DNA of 64,000 nt from a virus (taxonomy: Duplodnaviria; Caudoviricetes), in the IMG/VR virus record IMGVR_UViG_3300014596_000012, positions 2,713 to 66,712 of that record; one strand, given 5' to 3'. Positions within the stretch are counted from its first letter, which is position 1, and the number at the start of each line of letters is the position of its first letter. The position numbers and the translations under genes were made by a program. Positions 57,222 through 64,000 of the stretch are shown here, piece by piece. The notes under the pieces were generated by a model that was given only the letters and a program-made list of their open reading frames with translations, did no database searches and was not told the DNA's origin.

Positions 57222-57713
57222 CTATTTAATCTTCATTTCGCCATTAACCCAGACTTCTTGATATTCATCTGAATCAATTTTTTTCTTCAATGTGATGGCT
57301 TTATCCTTCACATCAGACCAGTTCATGTTGTTGCGTGCCCAGTCGGTAATTTCATAGTCATCATCTAAAAATAGCGGGATGGTATCTTCACGCAGGCTTT
57401 CACCCAGATCGTCATTGAATTCATTCTTGTAGTGTTCAGCACGATCACGCGCAATGACTTCCACTGGTACGGCATAGGTCAGACCGTCTGGCATATCAAG
57501 AAAGATTTTTTTATCAAAAAGCGTTGTTTCGATGATTTCAACCACATCATCTAGACCATTTTGATATTCATTGTGCTCGTTTTCTTTTTCCCACTGGTCG
57601 CAGGCAGCATCTTCATTTTCGGCTTCGATAATCTGGCTTTTTTCTTCATGGTGCAAAGTATCACCCTCATGATCCACAACACGTTCCATCCAGGTCATTT
57701 TAAATTTCTTCAT
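57222..57713 (-). CDS. Acidic hypothetical protein
   Basis: 163 aa, DWARNNMNWSDV motif. Confidence 0.7.
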   Translation of the reverse strand: MKKFKMTWMERVVDHEGDTLHHEEKSQIIEAENEDAACDQWEKENEHNEYQNGLDDVVEIIETTLFDKKIFLDMPDGLTYAVPVEVIARDRAEHYKNEFNDDLGESLREDTIPLFLDDDYEITDWARNNMNWSDVKDKAITLKKKIDSDEYQEVWVNGEMKIK

Positions 57714-57798
57714 TTAATACGCTCTATAAGTTCTGTACTTACAGGCTACTTACCGCTTTTACGTCTTGCTGTGCAATTTTTAAGCTAAATCCTCCTGT

Positions 57799-57835
57799 GT
57801 AGGGTTCGCGTAACTATCTGTGAAAAGTCAATGAT
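57799..57835 (+). promoter_or_regulatory. Late-promoter motif GTAGGGTTCG-N21-AATGAT
   Basis: Upstream of lysis cassette. Confidence 0.7.
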
Positions 57836-57869
57836 GCATCAATAAATCAGAATTTGTATTGAGAGCGTT

Positions 57870-58241
57870 ATGCAAGAGAACACCATCCCCTGGATCATCA
57901 AGATCGTACCCGCAGTTGTTGGTGCAATCTTGGCACTGGTCCTGAGTGGTGACATTGATAAAGACGGAAAGATAGAAGTCTCACTGAATGTCATCGTCAA
58001 GTTTATGGCCAGTGTAACTGTCAGTTTATATGGTGGTTCGGCTTTCATTGAATACTTCGACTTACTCCACGTATCTACGATGTACCAAGGCGCAATCATG
58101 CTGTTCTTCGCAGTATTTGGCTTGCTTGGTATCGGCATCGTTTACCAGTCTGTTGCGTTACTGCAGGGGAAGCCTATGTCCGAAGTGCTGCATGAAATTA
58201 AAGCGGCATTTTTAGCGATTTGGGGGAATGGGAAGAAATGA
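57870..58241 (+). CDS. Holin
   Basis: Three TM helices, basic C-terminus, precedes endolysin. Confidence 0.75.
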   Translation: MQENTIPWIIKIVPAVVGAILALVLSGDIDKDGKIEVSLNVIVKFMASVTVSLYGGSAFIEYFDLLHVSTMYQGAIMLFFAVFGLLGIGIVYQSVALLQGKPMSEVLHEIKAAFLAIWGNGKK

Positions 58242-58783
58242 ATATTGAGCAATTTTTAAATGAACTCATCCGCCGTGAAGGTGGTTATGTAAATAATCCA
58301 GCGGATCGAGGCGGAGCAACAAAGTACGGTATTACCGAAGCTGTAGCGCGTCAAAACGGTTATAAGGGCCACATGAAAGATCTACCTGAATCATTTGCGC
58401 GAGATATTTACCGTAAACAATATTGGACAGTACCGCGTTTTAACCAGGTGAATGCACTTAGTCCACTGGTTGCAGAAGAATTGCTTGATACAGGCGTGAA
58501 CTGCGGTGTTGGTTTTGCCAAACCTACTTTGCAGCGCGCCTTAAACCTATTGAACAACCAGGGTAAAGGCGGTTGGCCTGACTTGGTTCCAGATGGTGTA
58601 TATGGTCCGGCTACATTAGGTGCATTAAAAACATTCTTGGCCAAACGTGGCAAAGAGGGCGAAAAGACCTTATTGAAAGTCTTAAATATTTTGCAAGGCA
58701 ATCGTTACATAGAAATTTGTGAACGCAACCCAAGCCAGGAGCAGTTTTTCTTTGGATGGATCTCGAATCGAGTGGTGATTTAA
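58238..58783 (+). CDS. Endolysin, GH108 plus peptidoglycan-binding domain
   Basis: EGGYVNNPADRGGATKYGIT, DTGVNCG, FFFGW. Confidence 0.92.
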   Translation: MNIEQFLNELIRREGGYVNNPADRGGATKYGITEAVARQNGYKGHMKDLPESFARDIYRKQYWTVPRFNQVNALSPLVAEELLDTGVNCGVGFAKPTLQRALNLLNNQGKGGWPDLVPDGVYGPATLGALKTFLAKRGKEGEKTLLKVLNILQGNRYIEICERNPSQEQFFFGWISNRVVI

Positions 58784-59182
58784 ATGGTACTAGATGCCTT
58801 TTTAGCCCAATTCTATAAAGCTGTGATAGTGGTGCTGCTGGCCTTACTTGCCCTAGCAGTTACCTTTGGTGCATGGAAACACTTTGCACTTGAGCGTAGT
58901 GAGTCACAGCGTGAAGCCGATATTGCAAAAGCAATTAAACCTTATGTAGATGCGGAACGTGTGCAACGTACCCGCGCTGATAAAGTGAGTGGTCAATATG
59001 AAGAACTTAAAGGTCAAGATCATGTGCGCACGGAAGTCATTAACCACAAAGTTGAGAAAATCACGGAACGCCCTGTTTATCGTAACGTGTGTCTTGATGC
59101 TGATGGCGTGTCAGCCCTCAATGAAGCCGGTCGCATGGAACCTGCCAGCGAATCTGACACAGGACTGTCCAGACCTCCCTGA
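58784..59182 (+). CDS. Inner-membrane spanin (Rz-like)
   Basis: N-terminal TM, coiled coil, ERPVYRNVCLDADG. Confidence 0.75.
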   Translation: MVLDAFLAQFYKAVIVVLLALLALAVTFGAWKHFALERSESQREADIAKAIKPYVDAERVQRTRADKVSGQYEELKGQDHVRTEVINHKVEKITERPVYRNVCLDADGVSALNEAGRMEPASESDTGLSRPP

Positions 59183-59303
59183 AATTGAATTGGGCGATGG
59201 CGAGTATGTGCTTAAAGCATGGGTGAAAGACCGACGGCAGTATGTTGACTGCGCTCAAGGAAAACGTGCTTTGAATCAGGCTGTTAAGAAACCCTCATCT
59301 TGA
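59022..59303 (+). CDS. Outer-membrane spanin lipoprotein (Rz1-like)
   Basis: Overlaps Rz in another frame; lipobox LMAC, Pro-rich. Confidence 0.7.
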   Translation: MCARKSLTTKLRKSRNALFIVTCVLMLMACQPSMKPVAWNLPANLTQDCPDLPEIELGDGEYVLKAWVKDRRQYVDCAQGKRALNQAVKKPSS

Positions 59304-59313
59304 GGGTTTTTTT
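59289..59313 (+). terminator. Terminator after lysis cassette
   Basis: AAACCCTCA/TGAGGGTTT plus T-run. Confidence 0.8.
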
Positions 59314-59458
59314 GTGGGGCAGAATATGCAAAAAGATCAGGTAATTCGAGTAAAAGCCAAACCTTCATTGAGTGTCAGGATAATACGTCGGTTGATTTTC
59401 TGGGGATAGACAGACGTAAATGGCAGATTGAAATTAAAAAATAGAAAAACCGAATAAA

Positions 59459-60301
59459 TCAGCTTTCTAAAATATTTATGAAGTCTTCATAAATTTTAGC
59501 TTTTCTGCCTTGATGTAAGTATTCAACTACACCAATAAGTTTTTCAGAGAAATCAATATTTATTTCTTGTGTTGCAGGCTTAGATAAGATGTAAGTTATT
59601 CTAAAACCCTGGATTGGGGCAGTTGTAGAAGGGGTAGTTACCAATCCATTAAATTTAAACTCTTTAGTAAATTCCCCATATTCATTTTCATGCTCATCAT
59701 GTAGTTTATGCTGTAAATCATATGCTGAATACGATATCTCTTTATCATTGTCTGTAATTATTATTTCTGTGTTTAAGAGGTTAGAGAATTCAATTGAAGG
59801 GGAACCTGCTGGCAAAAATAAATTTAAATTAATAATATGGGCTGGAAGTAAAGCAACCATATTTATATTTATTTCTTTTATTAAAGGTTCTCCATTTTTA
59901 TCTGTCCAATCTTCATCATTTTGTTGTCTTATAACTAATAGTTCAATATTGTGTTGTTTTGCTTTTATATCTGCTCCGGATTGATACCCTGATTTAGTGG
60001 CAAATAGTCCACGTAAGTTAGGAAAATCATTAAGTTTTCCAATTAATGAATCAATTTTTTCTATAGATATTTTACTTTCATAATCTTTACACTCAATCAC
60101 TGTTTGGTAAACAATGCCTCCTAAACTATATTCCCAATAAATATCAAATTGTCTATCTATTCCATTTCTATCTTTTAGAAATTTATTGATTTCGACATTT
60201 ATATTTTTTTGACTTCCAAAGCCTAATATATCAGAGGCTAAGATTGCCTGATAAAGAGATTGAACAAATTCTTCATAAGCCCTTCCAGTATTTTTAGTCA
60301 T
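59459..60301 (-). CDS. Mrr-like restriction endonuclease (PD-(D/E)xK)
   Basis: GRAYEEFV, RQFDIYW, IECKDY, SGYQSGA; very AT-rich. Confidence 0.82.
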   Translation of the reverse strand: MTKNTGRAYEEFVQSLYQAILASDILGFGSQKNINVEINKFLKDRNGIDRQFDIYWEYSLGGIVYQTVIECKDYESKISIEKIDSLIGKLNDFPNLRGLFATKSGYQSGADIKAKQHNIELLVIRQQNDEDWTDKNGEPLIKEININMVALLPAHIINLNLFLPAGSPSIEFSNLLNTEIIITDNDKEISYSAYDLQHKLHDEHENEYGEFTKEFKFNGLVTTPSTTAPIQGFRITYILSKPATQEINIDFSEKLIGVVEYLHQGRKAKIYEDFINILES

Positions 60302-60448
60302 ATTTCACTCACATAAGCTAATTAAAAATCATAAATTAAAATTTTGATATATAAATAATGACTCTACGTAATATCGTGCGTAATCCATAGAGTCTAAATA
60401 ATAAAAGCAGTATTGCAGATAAAAAACTACAGGTTTATAGTGCCTTAT

Positions 60449-60694
60449 TTAGTCACCGATAGTGCCTAATACTGGCACCATTTTAGGCCCAGCCATTCTT
60501 GCTTTACTCACAATTTCGACTAACTCATCGTAAGTTAGATTGAATGAATCTTCGCTGTCAAAAATATAAACAACATTTTTATCTTTTAGTTCATCTGGCG
60601 TTTCAGGAATAAAACGAGCTGGGATTAATTGCTGTGTTAATTTTTCATCAGTCAATACTGGAATATTTTTAATATTACCGTCGAATTTTTGCAT
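60449..60694 (-). CDS. Hypothetical protein
   Basis: 81 aa. Confidence 0.6.
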   Translation of the reverse strand: MQKFDGNIKNIPVLTDEKLTQQLIPARFIPETPDELKDKNVVYIFDSEDSFNLTYDELVEIVSKARMAGPKMVPVLGTIGD

Positions 60695-60764
60695 AAATTT
60701 ATTTCTCTACTAGGATTTAGCTAACTTGCAGAAAAGCGCAAGTTGTCTTTTTAGGCACTTAAAA

Positions 60765-61031
60765 TTAGATATCATTACCCAATTTTTTTTCAATATAGCA
60801 TTTAATAATTGCTTCAATAGCTGTATCTGCAGTTTGCTCAGCCTCTTTGCTATCTGTACGTGGACCGACATAAAAAGCAGTCCATCTTGAATATGAACGC
60901 ACCAAACTGATTTTTTCTTTCTCAATTAACTTCCCGCATAGATCCCAGTCCAGCACTGGTACTATTTTTACTTTCATTGCAGTAGCTAGAGTAGTTCGCA
61001 ATTGATCAGACGTTAGTTCAGATACTTTCAT
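60765..61031 (-). CDS. NinX/DUF2591-like phage protein
   Basis: DWDLCGKLIEKEKISL...AIEAIIKCYI. Confidence 0.6.
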   Translation of the reverse strand: MKVSELTSDQLRTTLATAMKVKIVPVLDWDLCGKLIEKEKISLVRSYSRWTAFYVGPRTDSKEAEQTADTAIEAIIKCYIEKKLGNDI

Positions 61032-62653
61032 TATTTACCCTTCTCAATAAGTGTAGGGTGATCAACATTGTAGTACTTACTAATATCAAACCAAGTTTTG
61101 ATTTGGCTTTCCCATTTATAAATACGGTCATTTTCAATTTTTAGCACATCTAGCCCGCTAAAGTTGAAATGTGTGGCATCACTCGGCAATTGTCCCCAAG
61201 AGATGACAGCATGGTCTTTAAACCAGCTTTCCCAAGCATTTTGAATGTAGGGCACTACGAAACTTTGCTGGATATCATTCCAGGCAAAAATATTTTGAAT
61301 GCTAGACTTTTGCTTGTATGTATCAACAATACTTTTTGTTGGTCTAAAAGACTTTCTAAATTGATCTAATAATTCCCCAACAAACGTATATTCTGTATTG
61401 ATGACATCAGGCGTTTCAATCTGTGTATATATTTCTTCTGCATCAGCAATATCAGCAGCAGATACATAGCGTTGTTTTAGAGCGAACTGTGAATAGTTAT
61501 CGTCATACTGCATTTTTGTATATTGAATGGCTTCTGAATAATCCAGACGTTTGCCACGTTTTTTAAGATTTACATAACGTTTAAGGCTATTCCAGGAGGA
61601 GTGTAATGTAATAGTCTGCAGCTGGGGAATAGTAAAACCATCTTCGGCGTAACGTGTGGCGGCTTCATGGCGTAAATCATGGAATCTTAGATCCTCGATC
61701 CCGTTTAAACGACAAGCTCTGCGAAAGTAATCACTGACTGTCTGAACGTTGACTGGGAGTAGAAGGGCATCACTATATCCAAGCTCAAGCATTCTTTTTC
61801 GTGTTGATGGTTCAAGTAGTTCATCAATGATCTGCAGGGCTTTAGGTTCTAAATGGGCATATTTGTGATTGCCCTTGGATCCATCCGGGTTTTTGACATC
61901 ACGAATCTTCCACTGATTATTTTTTCTATCAAAATCCTCAAGGCGCATTTCACAAAGCTCACCTTCACGACGACCTGTATATATGGCCAGCCACATTACC
62001 AGGTGCATTGGAATAGCATTGCGGATTCGCTTCCAGCCTTTATAAAAGTGATTAGTAAGAATCTGCAATTCTTCTGAGGTAATTAAACGATCACGTTCTT
62101 TGGATTTTGTGACAATCCGGGCCTTTTTTAAACCGATTAATGCGTGTGATAGCTCATTTCTAGGGTGGGCAACATCTTCACCCCATACCAGTTCGGCATG
62201 ATTCAGAACAGATGAAATATGAGATAAGTCTTTTAATACTGTGGCTGGTGCTACGCCATCTAGTAGATCTGTAGGATTACCTCTGCGTCGTTCAATAGCA
62301 AAGGATGAAAAATCCTGTCGAGAAAGAGTGTATACATCCTTAAAAGCAATATCGTACGCACATAAATTTTTCAATGCTGAAGTTTTGGTTTCCGCAAACT
62401 CATCACCGATTTCAGTCAGATACTGCTTAATGAATTGTTCTAAAGTTTTTGACACAACTTTAGCTTCAGGATTTAGAATAGCGGGGTTAACCAGGATCTC
62501 TGCTTCTAGTCGCTTTATCCATTCTTTCGCTTGTGACTCTTTAGCAAAGGTTCTTGTTTTAATAAAAGGTGGTAATCCTTTACGGTTAATTCTTATTTGA
62601 GCCCTGTACCGTACTTTGCCATCAGCTGTTGTCCGTTCTGCAATTGTTCCCAT
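61031..62653 (-). CDS. int: Tyrosine integrase of the dus-associated type with C-terminal extension
   Basis: TGRREGEL, KNP, FHDLRHEA, LHSSW, KRY catalytic residues; divergent from dus gene. Confidence 0.92.
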   Translation of the reverse strand: MGTIAERTTADGKVRYRAQIRINRKGLPPFIKTRTFAKESQAKEWIKRLEAEILVNPAILNPEAKVVSKTLEQFIKQYLTEIGDEFAETKTSALKNLCAYDIAFKDVYTLSRQDFSSFAIERRRGNPTDLLDGVAPATVLKDLSHISSVLNHAELVWGEDVAHPRNELSHALIGLKKARIVTKSKERDRLITSEELQILTNHFYKGWKRIRNAIPMHLVMWLAIYTGRREGELCEMRLEDFDRKNNQWKIRDVKNPDGSKGNHKYAHLEPKALQIIDELLEPSTRKRMLELGYSDALLLPVNVQTVSDYFRRACRLNGIEDLRFHDLRHEAATRYAEDGFTIPQLQTITLHSSWNSLKRYVNLKKRGKRLDYSEAIQYTKMQYDDNYSQFALKQRYVSAADIADAEEIYTQIETPDVINTEYTFVGELLDQFRKSFRPTKSIVDTYKQKSSIQNIFAWNDIQQSFVVPYIQNAWESWFKDHAVISWGQLPSDATHFNFSGLDVLKIENDRIYKWESQIKTWFDISKYYNVDHPTLIEKGK

Positions 62654-62654
62654 T

Positions 62655-62714
62655 TTTTACGCCATGAATTAGTTTTACGCCATAAACATGATTATGGCGC
62701 AAATTAGGCGCAAA
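62655..62714. repeat. Candidate integrase arm-type sites
   Basis: TTTTACGCCAT at 62655 and 62673; inverted ATGGCGCAAA 62694 and AGGCGCAAA 62706. Confidence 0.55.
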
Positions 62715-62773
62715 GAATAGTTAAGAATGATTGAGAATCATGTAAAATCATTATGAATATGGGAAAGTAAAAA

Positions 62774-63811
62774 TTGAGTAAAAACAAAGTAATTGAAGAA
62801 TTGTTTGATAAATCAAAGCATTCCCCTATTTTTGTCGCCCCGATGGCAGGTGTGACCGACCGTCCGTTTAGAACCTTGTGCAAATACTTTGGTGCAGGCC
62901 ATGCGGTCAGTGAAATGATGACGTCTGACAAAACTTTGCGCATGAGTAAAAAGAGCTTATATCGTGCCAATTTTGATGGAGAGCTGGCACCGATTTCAGC
63001 GCAGATTGCTGGTTCAGATCCCCATGATCTGGCTGAAGCGGCACGTTATCAGGTGGCCAATGGTGCACAAATTGTTGATATTAATATGGGGTGCCCAGCC
63101 AAGAAGGTCTGTAACCGACTCGCCGGTTCTGCTTTATTGCAGGATGAAGATCTAGTTGCACGCATTCTGGATGCTGTCGTTGCTGCAGTTAATGTGCCAG
63201 TGACCTTAAAAACCCGTCTTGGCTATTTGAACGGTCAGGAAAATATTATGCGGGTCGCCAAACGTGCTGAACAAGCCGGGATTGCGGCACTGGCTTTACA
63301 TGGCCGTACCCGTGAAGACATGTACCTGAATACCGCACGTTATTCTTTAATCAAAGACGTAAAGGAAATGTTGAATATTCCCGTGATTGCTAACGGTGAT
63401 ATCGACAGTCCTGAAAAAGCCAAATACGTGCTGGATTATACCGGTGCAGACGCAATTATGATTGGTCGTGCAGCACAAGGTCGCCCCTGGATTTTTCGTG
63501 AAATTGCCCATTATTTAAAAACCGGTCAACATCTTGATGCACCAAGTATTACAGAAGTGAAAGATGTGCTACTGGGACACTTGACAGAATTATACGAATT
63601 TTACGGCGAATATTCCGGCTGCCGGATTTCCCGTAAACATATTGCCTGGTACACCAAAGGTTTGCGTTCCAGCAACGAGTTTCGCCAGAACATGTATCAG
63701 GTGGAAAATACGGCTGATCAATATCGTGTGGTAGAAGATTATTTTAATGCATTGCTAGAACATGGTTTAACCATGAATGATGTGCAGGTCGAGCATGTGA
63801 ATTTACTGTAA
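62774..63811 (+). CDS. dusB: tRNA-dihydrouridine synthase B
   Basis: APMAGVTD, DINMGCP, LHGRT, NGDI, MIGRAAQGRPW, RKHIAWY. Confidence 0.93.
   Translation: MSKNKVIEELFDKSKHSPIFVAPMAGVTDRPFRTLCKYFGAGHAVSEMMTSDKTLRMSKKSLYRANFDGELAPISAQIAGSDPHDLAEAARYQVANGAQIVDINMGCPAKKVCNRLAGSALLQDEDLVARILDAVVAAVNVPVTLKTRLGYLNGQENIMRVAKRAEQAGIAALALHGRTREDMYLNTARYSLIKDVKEMLNIPVIANGDIDSPEKAKYVLDYTGADAIMIGRAAQGRPWIFREIAHYLKTGQHLDAPSITEVKDVLLGHLTELYEFYGEYSGCRISRKHIAWYTKGLRSSNEFRQNMYQVENTADQYRVVEDYFNALLEHGLTMNDVQVEHVNLL
62834..62851. other. Approximate att crossover region (VAPMAG codons)
   Basis: AT-rich phage-like sequence switches to conserved dusB coding sequence here; second att copy not in window. Confidence 0.4.
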
Positions 63812-64000
63812 ACCAAGTAATGACGGGTAAAATTCAGCGAATCAGGTAATATTTTTTGTGTGAAATCCCTACCTTTTTTATCTTGAGCAAGCTGATTTTT
63901 GCATTCTGTTTACACTTCAGCCTGTCTAATACATAGCAGCACAGTTTGTTCACTTAAACTGGACAGGACTTGGACATTGCTTACTCAAGCTTCCTCTATG

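Larger units (their letters stand above)
1..62850. mobile_element. Temperate prophage (podovirus-like gene set), left end outside window, right end in 5' of dusB
   Basis: Continuous phage gene set: cI/cro, replication, terminase, portal, capsid, ejection proteins, lysis, integrase divergent from dusB. No obvious tape-measure or tail-tube genes. Confidence 0.93.

Noticed and set aside
63812-64000. Host fis downstream of dusB, with the phage Fis compensating for polarity
   Set aside because: No Fis-like ORF visible in the remaining 190 nt

Overview
Almost the whole window (about 1-62850) is one temperate prophage. It is probably podovirus-like and probably from an Acinetobacter-type host; both are inferences from gene content, not database results. 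It is integrated in the 5' end of dusB at the right edge, and its left end lies outside the window. Gene order: leftward early genes (Fis-like regulator, AAA/Sak4-like ATPase), cI/cro switch with GTTCA-N6-TGAAC operators, antirepressor, replication initiator with iterons, C5 DNA methyltransferase, nin-like genes, terminase, portal, a moron island, scaffold, N4-gp56-like capsid, tail genes, a 2924-aa polyvalent ejection protein, lysis cassette, tyrosine integrase, then host dusB with an apparently phage-supplied N-terminus. The strongest novel signal is a roughly 0.9-kb non-coding unit between portal and scaffold (about 23800-24733). It contains densely packed helices, repeated G-GAAAGA-C hairpins, a complete type I hammerhead ribozyme (24316-24363), a 69-nt non-canonical tRNA-like element ending in CCA (24603-24671) and a terminator. 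The second signal is a phage-specific late promoter, GTAGGGTTCG-N21-(-10-like hexamer), found seven times in front of late modules. Four of these copies sit next to antisense cargo cassettes (CHAT protease, PIN nuclease, DUF4124-like protein, a three-gene block). All structure and domain calls were made by eye and need computational or experimental confirmation.
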